Source of the DNA: Macrostomum lignano
Lineage: Eukaryota
DNA length: 27,771 nucleotides
Reading direction: 5' to 3'
NCBI GenBank assembly: GCA_002269645.1
Contig: NIVC01005050.1
Location: forward strand, 1-27,771
Each line of letters begins with the position of its first letter. The first letter of the stretch is position 1. The position numbers were made by a program, and so were the translations under genes. Positions 1-12,236 of the stretch are shown here, piece by piece. The notes under the pieces were generated by a model. That model searched no databases, was not told the DNA's origin, and saw only the letters and a program-made list of their open reading frames with translations.

Positions 1-2883
1 AGTGACTCTTTGGACTTCACACAGATCTTTGAGTTTTTCCACTCTTCTTCAGCCAGCTTGTAGATGCAGTCCGTAGCGTACAGATCCTCGCATTCAGCAA
101 ATTTCCACCAGTTCTAAAATAGTGTGCCGCTGAGTCTGCTGTGACTCGTCGCCGCAGCATGCGAGCGCTCTGCTGCTTTCATCGTCGGCAATGCTAAACT
201 TTGGTCCTCCGACGTCACCTCTATTGTAATTGAAATAAAAGCTGCCTCTCTTCACCGTTCGCATTCAAGTATAGTTCGTCAGAGTGTTTACAGCAATGCT
301 GATGACTTTGCTCTTGAGGCGCTTTAGCTGGTCATGGCTCTCATCAGTTTTGGCCTTTTTTTCTTTCAGCTGAATGATCAGCAGAATGCAGCTGGGAATC
401 AGCTCGAATTGCCTTGTCAGAATGAGGTCGGGAAGAAGATCGAGCTTGTCGCGTCTAAGCGCAAGGTCAACTATTCGCATCTCTTCTTCGTTTTCCTCAA
501 TGCATTTATCGCCAGGATGCTTCTTTACCCAATACCGAATGAACTTTGTTTTAGTATCTGAACTTACTGGGTCCAGCTTAAGTGCACTTCGAAGCGCCAT
601 TGTCGAGCCGTCCTTCCAGACAGCCTCGAATACGGAGACTTCAATCGAAGGCTTGCTTGCTACGTCAGTCGAAGGGTTGGCCTGGCCTGTCTGTGCTTTT
701 TTTTAAATTGTGACTGGCCTCGTTCTACGTCATCTATCACCGGTTGATCGACAATCTTACTAATGTGCTGCTGGCATGGCGGCGACTCGGTCAGGTAGTT
801 TCAAGGCTGCTTGAGCCGGATCCAGAAGGCGGAGAAATTTAATTGGCGGTTCCTGACCTTCCTGATTCTTCAACTTCGTTTCCACCACCTCCACCAGCCT
901 TTTAAGCTGGTCAGCGTTGCGAGCATAATCTACGCAAGTGTGCCCGTCGCCGTCTCTGGCGTAGATGCTGAGGCTCTTATTCTGTAAGTAAAAATGTTGG
1001 CCTGGTGACCTGCTCGGCAGGCGAAGTGCAGGCAGGTTGCACCCTTAAAGGGACCCTCTCGACTTTCTTGCTCCGCAGTTCGGCTTTCTTCACTCCAGCA
1101 ATCTTAGAAAGGGGTGTCATCAGTGCCCTCAGGTTGTACCTGCAAGCGAACTCGTGAACTACGTGAACGCCGTCCTTGCTGAGAAAAACTTCTTTCAGTT
1201 TTTCTTCCCAGTTATGTTTTTGCATCATTTAATATTTCAATAAGAATTTCTTCTTTTACCTGGGAGCAGTGAAGAAAGTTTTTTCCCATATTATTTTCCC
1301 GCTTAATGCTACCAGTCATTTTTTCAGCTAAGAAGTTTAGAGCTTGAAAAAAGTTGTCGGAGGAATGTTTCTCATCGGTTTCGGGATTCAAAAACAGGGC
1401 GTGCAAAAGACTGTTTCCATCGGTATCGGCTTCTGTGAAAGCATCAGGTTTCTCTAATTCAACATTAAAAAAGAAGAAATTCCAGCTCATGCAGGCGTAG
1501 AAAAGCATGTTTCTGCTTCTGCTGTCGCGCTCACCAAGGACTCTCCCCAAATCAAAGAGGGGAAGTTTCTCCTTCAGAATCTGAAATAGTTCATCTTTGC
1601 TACTGGCAGCAAGGAAAAAAACGGTTTTGCCATCGACATTGCTTTTGTCTTTAATTTGTTTGATGCATTCATCATTTTCACGAGCTTTAAGCATCAGCTC
1701 CAATATCTTGCCGAATGTTTGTACTTTTTTGTACATCGCGGCAAAGTGCAGGTAACTGTTCTTATACTTATCGGTGTGCGTAAAAAGCTGATCTATATTG
1801 TATTTCGCGAATTCCTCTACCATCTGTTCAGCCGTGCTGTCTGGGCTGTACTCGATGACTGCCTGCAGCACTGTCTGATTCATTGAGTTCCTCCAGTTAA
1901 GACATTCTTGGCCAAACAGCTGTTCCACTTCCAGGAACACTGCGCCCTTATCGCAGCTCGGATTCCGGTTCCTAGAGGCGCAGTGGGCCAGCGTGTTTCC
2001 GTCGGAGTCTTTCAGATTTTTCATTTTCTCGATGGCCCCCCCGTGCCTTCCATTTTCGTGCCCTTTTGTTTGCGCTCGCACTTGTTTCGTCTTCTTCATC
2101 TTGTTGATGGTCATTGCTCTCATCTCTCAGGCTCAGTGGAATGAAGTGATTTATCCCCTGGCTAAGGAGATACTTTACAGTTTCGGCACTGCAGTGCTCA
2201 ACTGCCTCATGAAGCACCGTGCTGCCTCTGTTGTTTTGCCATAGCAACCGATCGGACTTGTTGCCGTGGAGCACCGATTTGATGAATTTTTCATCGCTAG
2301 TATTTCTAGCAGCAAAGTGGGCCAGCGTGTCTCCCACTTTATTCCGATAATTTGAGCTCCGCAACTCCTGTTCCGCACCTAGAAACAGATCACTAAACTG
2401 CTGCAGTGAATAGTTCTGAGCAGCATAGTGAAGTGGAGCTACCGAGTTGCAGTCCTCATGCCTCAGACAGGAAGTACCCAATCTCTGTACTAATTTCTTG
2501 AGCAGTTCTGCTCCTTCAGGACTCATTCCGGCATAGTGAGCGGCAGTTCTCTGGTGCTTGTCTCGCTGCAGTTGAAGCTGTCGATCGGGCACGCCTCCAA
2601 CAAATTCAATCGCTTGTTTAAACTGTCCCTCAATTGCAAACGCCAGCAGATTTCCCATAAATTTGTGATCCAGAGGCTTCGTGTCCGGCAGCTTATCATC
2701 ATCCACATCGTCATCAGAGTCTGGATCATCCTCTTCTGTCATCATCAGTATGTCAGGCCACTCGGTCGGGTCAAATCCGTCAAACGTAGCGTGCCTGTCG
2801 GCTGAGACTGTTGGCTGGTCTGAGACTGATCTGCCTGAATCCTCACTGCCCTGCTCATGGGCAGCAGAGTGAGCAGTAGCCAT
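1..2883 (-). CDS. Ankyrin-repeat protein, probably the N-terminal part of a TRPA-like channel; apparently one long exon, frameshifted about 9 times, continuing beyond the left edge
   Basis: About 14 ankyrin-like motifs across ORFs 1972-2883, 1212-2123, 977-1228 and the frames between them (RTAAHYAG, APLHYAA, DTLAHFAA, STVLHEAV, NTLAHCAS, NSYLHFAA, NSLLHALF, GATCLHFAC, DGDGHTCVDYA). The rebuilt segment at 39-123, TILELVEFAECEDLYATDCIYKLAEEEW, has the spacing of the TRP pre-S1 motif (TxLxLA...W). The frames join by +/-1 nt at homopolymers. Confidence 0.75.
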
Positions 2884-3058
2884 GGAGACCGGTTAAGAAC
2901 TAGCTATTTCCTGTTCAAAAAAAAGTTTCCAGAATTATATTAGCTGCCTGTTTTTTCTATAATGCATAATTGAAAATTAAGTAAAGTGGCGAAACAGCTG
3001 CATGGCCTACTGAAACACCGCTCCCCTGATCCATTTTCTAGTATATCAAGTCTCAAGT

Positions 3059-3235
3059 CTCAAGTCTGCCGCGGCGTAGCTAAGTTGCGTCACTCGCAAA
3101 GATTGAGAGATTTTACCTGCACTCTCAAATGTGGCCACCACGGACGGAATCTTCTGTGATGGCGACTTTTTGATGTTGCTGAGACTCTCAATCTTTGCGA
3201 TTGACGCAGCTCAGCTACACCGCGGCAGACTTGAG
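3059..3235. mobile_element. MITE-like hairpin, 51-bp inverted arms and 75-bp loop
   Basis: 3059-3109 (ctcaagtctgccgcggcgtagctaagttgcgtcactcgcaaagattgagag) is the reverse complement of 3185-3235 with 4 mismatches. No clear TSD. Confidence 0.65.
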
Positions 3236-3813
3236 TTGACGAATGAAGTGCAGAGGAGCGGTGTGCGAGGTTTGGGCGGATTAAAGCTACCCCGATCAGT
3301 TTTCTCGTATCTTTCATTTCAGAATAGTCCAAGAGAAATTGCTCACTGTCGCACAGAGTGGCGACTTTTCAATGTTGCTGAGTATTTTTTTCCACTTTTA
3401 AATTTGATTTGATTTGACGAAGAGATGGGGTGGGTGAATTGATCGGTCACTTGGACAAAGAGTATGGTGTACATTGATTACGCGTGGCGAGGGACAGTTG
3501 AATTGACAATCAGATAAGATAATTGGCGAAAGTCTACCGGATAACTGAATCATAGATTTTTAATTAGTTTGTTAATAAAATCATAATCGTATAATGCTCT
3601 CATCAATTTAGAAAAATCTGCTGGTGGAGTCGCTGAGAATGGTGTAACAACTATATGGCAGTTTTGACTTGTCATTGTGTCTTGGTAAAAGTTCTTTACA
3701 TTCATTGTAATCTACTCTCGCCTAAACCATAACTATTGACTAAAGGATATTCGATGTTGACTTAAAAAATACGTACACTGCCTTGAGTATTAATTGGTAC
3801 CGCAAATTCTGAG

Positions 3814-4350
3814 GGGTCGCTTTCATAAGACCGAAATTTCACAACGCCGAAAACTCAAAATGCAAGGCCCTTAACAAGACCGAAACTTCATAAGACCGAA
3901 ATTTCACAACGCCTAAAACTACTGCACGATCTTTCACAAGACCGAAACTTCATAAGACCGAAATTTCACAACGCCTAAAACTACTGCACGATCCTTCACA
4001 AGACCGAAACTTCATAAGACCGAAATTTCACAACGCCTAAAACTACTGCACGATCCTTCACAAGACCGAAACTTCATAAAACCGAAATTTCACAACGCCT
4101 AAAACTACTGCACGATCCTTCACAAGACCGAAACTTCATAAGACCGAAATTTCACAACGCCGAAAACTCCTGCACGATCCTTCACAAGACCGAAACTTCA
4201 TAAGACCGAAATTTCACAACGCCGAAAACTCAAAATGCAGGGCCCTTCACAAGACCGAGGCGTTGTGAAATTTCGGTCTTATGAAGTTTCGATCTTGTGA
4301 AGGATGGTGTTTCGGCGTTGTGAAATTTCGGTCTTATGAACCCCCCCCCC
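3814..4350. mobile_element. Foldback-type non-autonomous DNA transposon with internal 62-bp tandem units
   Basis: Seven units of about 62 bp (ttcataagaccgaaatttcacaacgcc...) at 3822-4257, then inverted partial copies at 4258-4340. There is a 31-bp perfect subterminal inverted repeat and an 8-bp direct repeat ATTCTGAG at 3806-3813 and 4351-4358 (TSD). Confidence 0.8.
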
Positions 4351-4821
4351 ATTCTGAGATGTCAGCCTCACACTCATTATATAGCACTTTTAGAGACCAG
4401 TTAAGTGTGTTTTAAATTTTCTTCAGTCATGTGAGCAGAAAATAACAGGAAAATGAAACCTGTTGCAAAAATAATTAAGCAAAGAAGATAGTGAGCCCAA
4501 CCTGCAGGCGCGAACAATAGAAAAAAAGAAAGCGAGAGCTTTGAGCTTGCTTGAGTTCGAAGCCGCGCGCCCTATTCTAACCTTTAACCACCCCGTTTGC
4601 CCAAGACTCCTGTGTTTTTTGACAAGAAATGCACTCAGCAGAAACACTATAAGTAATGCTCACAGCGGTTTGACAATTTTCAGTCTCAAGTTTCATATTT
4701 CGGTGACTATAGGGCCATCTAATGCGAGGCGAGTATCTTGCTACTGCTATGGCTATAGTAAGTAGTATATAGTTGCCGGCAGGAATGAAAAAAAACTGTT
4801 TCATGGTTTAAATGTTAATGT

Positions 4822-6081
4822 ACAGCACATGTACCTCTGTAGTATAGCCATGGTGTAGAGTACATGTGCCAATGTAGTATAGCCATGGTGTAGTGTACAT
4901 GTACCTCTGTAGTATAGCCATGGTGTAGTGTACATGTGCCAACGTAGTGTAGCCATGGTGTAGAGTACATGTGCCATTGTAGTATAGCCATGGTGTAGTG
5001 TACATGTGCCAATGTTGTGTAGCCATGGTGTAGAGTACATGTGCCATTGTAGTGTAGCTATGGTGTAGTGTACATGTGCCAATGTAGTGTAGCTATGGTG
5101 TAGTGTACATGTGCCAATGTAGTGTAGCCATTGTGTAGTGTACATGTGCCAATGTAGTGTAGCCATTGTGTAGTGTACATGTGCCAATGTAGTGTAGCCA
5201 TTGTGTAGTGTACATGTGCCATTGTAGTGTAGCTATGGTGTAGTGTACATGTGCCAATGTAGTGTAGCCATGGTGTAGTGTACATGTGCCATTGTAGTGT
5301 AGCCATTGTGTAGTGTACATGTGCCATTGTAGTGTAGCTATGGTGTAGTGTACATGTGCCATTGTAGTGTAGCCATTGTGTAGTGTACATGTGCCATTGT
5401 AGTGTAGCTATGGTGTAGTGTACATGTGCCATTGTAGTGTAGCCATTGTGTAGTGTACATGTGCCATTGTAGTGTAGCTATGGTGTAGTGTACATGTGCC
5501 ATTGTAGTGTAGCCATTGTGTAGTGTACATGTGCCATTGTAGTGTAGCTATGGTGTAGTGTACATGTGCCATTGTAGTGTAGCTATGGTGTAGTGTACAT
5601 GTGCCAATGTAGTGTAGCCATGGTGTAGTGTACATGTGCCATATATTGTAGTGTAGCCATTGTGTAGTGTACATGTGCCATTGTAGTGTAGCTATGGTGT
5701 AGTGTACATGTGCCATTGTAGTGTAGCCATTGTGTAGTGTACATGTGCCATATATTGTAGTGTAGCCATGGTGTAGTGTACATGTGCCATATATTGTAGT
5801 GTAGCCATGGTGTAGTGTACATGTGCCATATATTGTAGTGTAGCCATGGTGTAGTGTACATGTGCCATTGTAGTGTAGCCATTGTGTAGTGTACATGTGC
5901 CATTGTAGTGTAGCTATGGTGTAGTGTACATGTGCCAATGTAGTGTAGCCATGGTGTAGTGTACATGTGCCATATATTGTAGTGTAGCCATGGTGTAGTG
6001 TACATGTGCCATATATTGTAGTGTAGCCATGGTGTAGTGTACATGTGCCATATATTGTAGTGTAGCCATGGTGTAGTGTAC
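4822..6081. repeat. 35-bp minisatellite (gtagtgtacatgtgccattgtagtgtagccatggt), about 35 copies, with 39-bp variants
   Basis: Tandem units are directly visible. Minus-strand ORFs repeat with 35-aa (3 units) and 13-aa (39-bp unit) periods. Confidence 0.97.
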
Positions 6082-6651
6082 AGGTTAATTAGGGTAAAAA
6101 GGGTTTGACTCAAGGGGCTAAGGTTTAGGGTATATGGTTTAGTCATGGCTCAAGGAGTTGTTGAAAAGCCAGCTCATCTTTCAGAAAAATAGCTAACGAT
6201 GCAGACTTGCAGAAAGCAATGATGGATAAAGAAAATGTTCCTATAGCTTAGAGAGTAAAACTGCAACGCTTACCTTTGATCGAAATTGCTCCCGTAGTTC
6301 CAGAAAGCGAAACTGGAGACTCATTTTTAGGAGCATAATTATAAAGAGTGCTAGATCTTTTTGCAATATAATTTTCAACCAATAAAATCTGTGCCTGCAC
6401 AATATCTAAGAGAATAGGGTAGAGTGATGCATTTTTGCATCGAGTTTAACAGAATAACTGAGAAGAAGCTGCATAAAATAGAATGGAGAGGACCGTGACC
6501 CCTGTTAAACAGTTTCAGTAAGTACTGTAAGTAGTGTGGGTTGGCAGGCCCTGACGAACACTGGAGATAGGAGGGCAGAAAGTGACAGAGGGCCAGTGGA
6601 GGTGAGATGGTGGGACGGCAATGGTGAGGCAACAACAATCTATCTTGTTGT

Positions 6652-7147
<496 letters not shown>

Positions 7148-7445
7148 CGAGAAAGAGCGAGCGAAGCGAGCTCTTTCGAGCTTGCTTGCCGCAGCCAATC
7201 AAGCTGAATGCACGCACACAAGATCACCGGAAACGATTAAGGCAGCTGGAAAGCCAATGGGCGCGGTAAGCGCTTTTATCCAGAGGAACTACCTGCTGGA
7301 ACCAGCCTGCCGTTCGAAAATCAGACTACTCAAGTAGTGCAAAAGAGTGCGAGCAACTACCGAGAAATCTAATTTTCGTAACCGCTCCGGTGCAGGTCCT
7401 GGCAATAGATGGTAGATAGCGAGAAAGAGCGAGCGAAGCTGTCTA

Positions 7446-7754
<309 letters not shown>

Positions 7755-8141
7755 CCCTTTTATCCCTTTATATAAGGGATAAGATATTTCCCTGACAGTC
7801 CCTTTATAAGCTTGAGCAAAAGAATAGACGACTCATCAACACCCCCCTCTATTGGTCTATACCCTGCCGCATTAACCTTGATTTGCGGCACAAATGCCCG
7901 ATGCACACCGCCCCTCCCTGCAAGCTGAACTAACTGAGCTACCATAGACTAAAACTCCCATCTCGCTTCAAACCTGTGATAGTAAAAGAATAAGACTTTG
8001 TAGCAAGAAGCAGTTACTAACTTGCTAATTGCTTTTTAAAAGAGCTTCTACAGATCTTTGGCGTACTGCTTTGTCATCAGCCGGTCTGTCCAATTCGACT
8101 TGAGCCTTGATTAATTTCGAATCTCAACAACTCAAAACGCC

Positions 8142-11100
8142 ATGGCCAACGAGAAACGCGTCAGCTCCTTGATAGCTTTGGAGGAGTTGCAGAAATCTAG
8201 CGACATGCAGGAAATGACTCAACGAATGGAGGCCCAGAAAAACATGGAGATCGTGCGGTCCAAGGCTACGGATGTGCTAAGTCTGGTGGCTCTGTCACCA
8301 GAGTTCAATCAGTTGTTCTTAGTGCAATCCGTTGAGGACATGAGCGCCTTTGTGTTCAGTTATAAGAGCGATAGAACTATCATTATTGACATGCTGGCAA
8401 GGTGAGTTTATCGTACAGGTATTAAAATCCGTTTAACCGTTAGATTGTTTCACGAGTTAGACAACCCAGATGACCTGTTAGACACACCAGTTCACTCGTT
8501 AGACACACAAGTTCACCTGTTAGACACACCATTTCACCTGTTAGACACACCAGTTCACTCGTTAGACACACAAGTTCACCTGTTAGACACACCAGTTCAC
8601 TCGTTAGACACACAAGTTCACCTGTTAGACACACCATTTCACCTGTTACACACACAAGTTCACCTGTTAGACACACACAAGTTCACCTGTTAGACACACA
8701 AGTTCACCTGTTATGCACACACAAGTTCACCTGTTAAACACACCATTTCACCTGTTACACACACCATTTCACCTGTTAGACATACCATTTCACATGTTAC
8801 ACACAATTTCACCTGTTAGACACACCATTTCACCTGTTACACACACAATTTCACCTGTTAGACACACCATTTCAGCTGTTAGACACACACAAGTTCACCT
8901 GTTAGACACACCATTTCACCTGTTACACACACTATTTCACCTGTTACACACACCAGTTCACCTGTTAGGCACACCATTTCACCTGTTACACACACTAGTT
9001 CACCTGTTTGACACACCAGTTCACCTGTTAGACACACCAGCTCACCCGTTACACACATAATTTCGACACCTGTTAGACACATAACTTTATCCGTTAGACA
9101 GACCTGTTCACGAGTAGATCAAGTTCACCAGTTCCAAATCCCCCAATCCCCACCCGCAGATGCCCTCGCGAACAGATCGCCAATTTCGAGACCTACAAAT
9201 TCGCTTCCCACCCGGAGTTCGAGAAGAAGATCAGTCAGTACACGCGAACCGCTGAGAAGCCGAACAACCAGTTAGCTAAATGCCGGCCCTGGGACGTTGC
9301 CCTCTGTGTGATACTGAAGATCGAAGCCCTCGACAGTGAGGCAATGCAGCAGCCCCACATGAGGCTGCTATTCCGAGAGAATCTCATCATTAAGCACCTG
9401 TGGGACAATTTCATGCGAGAAACAATGGAACTAGACGAGATGACAGGAATTCCTATTGTGTTTAAATACGACGAAGTGTCAAATCCGACTTTTAACTACG
9501 ATCTGGCCGAGTACAAAGTCTACGATGTCTATGGCAATTTAGTGCCGTGGAAATCCGAGAGCCGGAGCACTCTGTCCTACCTGTGCATGGAGCAGTTGGG
9601 CCCAAATCTGCAGTACCTCACGGAAGTCATGGTGTCCGGGAAACGACGCGGATATGTGTTCGATGTGGACACCGCTTTGAAGATTTTTGATCAGCTGCTG
9701 TGCCGCTGTTTGCAGGTTAAATACGAACTGCAACTTACTGATGACTATCCTCATCCTGTCACATCCTTATCCTGTCACATCCTTATCCTGTCACATCCTC
9801 ATCCTGTCACATCCTCATCCTGTCACATCCTTATCCTGTCACATCCTTATCCTGTCACATCCTCATCCTGTCACAGCCTTATCCTGTCACATCCTCATCC
9901 TGTCACAGCCTTATCCTGTCACATCCTCATCCTGTCACATCCTCATCCTGTCACATCCTCATCCTGTCACATCCTCATCCTGTCACATCCTCATCTTGTC
10001 ACATCCTTATCCTGTCACATCCTTATCCTGTCACATCCTTATCCTGTCACATCCTTATCCTGTCACAACCTCAGCTTGTCACATCCTTATCCTGTCACAT
10101 CCTTATCCTGTCACATCCTTATCCTGTCACATCCTCATCCTGTCATAGCCGTATCCTGTCACATCCTTATCCTGTCACATCCTTATCCTGTCACAACCTT
10201 ATCCTGTCACATCCTTTTTCTGTCACATCCTTATCCTGTCACATCCTGACCCTGCCAAATCCTTATCCTCTCTCACATTTTTATTCCGTCCCATTCTTAT
10301 CCTCTCACATCTTTATCCTGTCACATCCTAATTCTGTCACATTCTTATTCTGTCACATCTTTATCTTGTCACATCCTTATTCTGTCACATCCATATTCTG
10401 TTACATTCTTATCCTGTCACATCTTGATCCTGTCACATCTTTATTCTGTCACATCCTAATCCTGTCACATCCTTATCCTTTCACATCCTGAACCTGTCAA
10501 ATCCTTATCCTCTCACATTTTTATTCCATCCCATCCTTATTCTGTCACATCCTAATCTTGTCACATCCTAATCCTGTCACATCCAAATCCTGTCACATCC
10601 TAATCCGATCACATCCTTATCCTGTCCCATTTTTCCTTCGCATACTTACCTTTCACAACCCAACCAAGATGTAAATAATCAAAATTGTTGTTACGTCCCC
10701 AAATACCGCCTCAGATTCACAGATTCGGCGTAACTCACAACGCCATTGAGCCGCACAATCTCTACTTCGGTCGCAGCATCGCTTTCAATGTTCTCTACAT
10801 TGCGAATTTCAACGTGGCCACGCTGTTCGATCCCAAAGATCCCAATAATATGCGCAAGAGCGGCTCGGATAGCGAGCTGTACGGTCACCTGAGATTTGCA
10901 TCGCACATCAGGATGAAGGGAGGTCAGGCTCACCCGGTGCATGACCTTGAGTCCGCTTTCTACACCTTAGTGGCCCTGCTAACCAACAACTTGCCTTGGG
11001 ACTCATGTCTAAGCACTGGCGGCTCTAGTAGCAAGGTTGGTTTTAGCGTGGGTTAGTTGTTGTTATCTTGTTTGTTTGCTGGTTTGCTGGTTGTGTTGTT

Positions 11101-12236
11101 TGCCAGTTTGGTTGTTTGTTTGTTACAAAGCAATCACACAACCAATCAAACTGTCCCTCAGACGGGCGCCGCAGGCCGCGGCTCAGTCGTTGACAACATC
11201 AACCTGTCCAACACGGTCAGCAACCAGTCGGACATCACTAAATCGATCGAACGAAACAGCATGATGCAGAAATTGCGCGAATTTAAAACCAATTTTTGGA
11301 AGTCTAATAACGGCATTGCACGCGTGCTGGCCGACTTGCAATACATGGCTTTTGGAGTTGACAGGTGGGGTTGCATTTTTCTCATAGTTTTGTTTATTTA
11401 TCGCGTAGCATCTTATTACATGACCACCAGGTCATTGCATTCTTTAAGCATCAGATCATGACATTCCTTAAGCATCAGATCATGACATTCCTTAAGCATC
11501 AGATCATGACATTCCTTAAGCATCAGATCATGACATTCCTTAAGCATCAGATTATGGCATTCCTTAAGAATCAGATCATGACATTCCTTAAGAATCAGAT
11601 CATGACATTCCTTAAGCATCAGATCATGACATTCCTTAAGCATCAGATAATGAAATTCCTTAAGCGTCAGATCATGACATTCCTTAAGCATCAGATCATG
11701 ACATTCCTTAAGCGTTAGATCATGACATTCCTTAAGCATCAGATCATGACATTCTTTGAGCATCAGATCATGACATTCCTTAAGCATCAGGTCATAACAG
11801 TTCGTAATTCGTCGCTTAATAAAGTTAAACCCAATTCGTACTCAGGCATCGCGTCTCACTAACCGTGGAGATCATCAAAGATTTGTACGCGAAAATTCGC
11901 GACCTGATAAACACTGTGGGCAGCGACTCGCCGCAGGCAAGTTTCTTCAGCAACTTGCTTCTGCAGCACACCACCGAGTACCAGACCTACACTGACCTCA
12001 GACGAACCGTGCTCATGATGTACCGCTTCGAGTCAATCAGCGCTTTCATCAATACGCCAACTTATCAAAAGAAAATCGAATCACTCGCGCACGACGAAGT
12101 TGACGTCAACGTTCGCCTAGCTTGGAATCTCACCAACTGGTGCTTCAACGGCGTGGAAGTCAACGTTCTGGCTAACAACACCACCAGCGTTGTGAAGAGT
12201 ACAGCTAAAAATGTGGTTGCTAGAACGGTTGAATAA
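8142..12236 (+). CDS. Casein kinase 1-family pseudokinase, 576 aa; exons 8142-8401, 9160-9715, 10715-11035, 11162-11364, 11846-12236
   Basis: All four introns are GT..AG with matching phases (2,0,0,2) and the exons total 1731 nt (577 codons). CK1-like motifs appear in order: VILKIE, GIPIV, LCMEQLGPNL, TALKIFDQLL, GHLRFAS, HDLESAFYTLVALLTNNLPW. The catalytic motifs are altered (HNAIEPHN, IANFNVA). Confidence 0.88.
8455..9110. repeat. 21-bp minisatellite (acacaccagttcacctgttag) in pseudokinase intron 1
   Basis: Tandem units; the ORFs show a 7-aa period (LLDTPVH). Confidence 0.95.
9747..10630. repeat. 16-bp minisatellite (atcctgtcacatcctt) in pseudokinase intron 2
   Basis: Tandem units that degenerate toward the 3' end; the ORFs show a 16-aa period. 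Confidence 0.95.
11445..11795. repeat. 24-bp minisatellite (catcagatcatgacattccttaag) in pseudokinase intron 4
   Basis: About 14 tandem units; the ORF shows an 8-aa period (FLKHQIMT). Confidence 0.96.

Noticed and set aside
697-704. A_AAA_AAG slippery site suggesting programmed -1 frameshifting
   Set aside because: It is one of about nine shifts of mixed sign in the same gene; sequencing error or decay is simpler.
3822-4257. CRISPR-like appearance of the regular repeats
   Set aside because: There are no unique spacers and no cas genes, and the context is eukaryotic. The same applies to the other arrays.
4822-6081. E-box CATGTG and partial p53-like half-sites in every unit
   Set aside because: Short or imperfect motifs expected by chance in a repeat, with no nearby supporting evidence.
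6375-6650. Cys/His-containing ORF resembling a LINE C-terminal zinc knuckle
   Set aside because: The spacing does not fit and no reverse transcriptase lies nearby.
7195-7400. Peptide [22 protein letters not shown] followed by GTAAGC, faintly like a GIY-YIG C-terminus or a stray exon
   Set aside because: Too short, lacks the expected downstream motif, and has no partner exons.
8440-11787. Repeat-derived ORFs and ORF extensions (CLTGELV, LLDTPVH, SHPYPVT, FLKHQIMT)
   Set aside because: They lie inside introns defined by phase-matched GT-AG sites.
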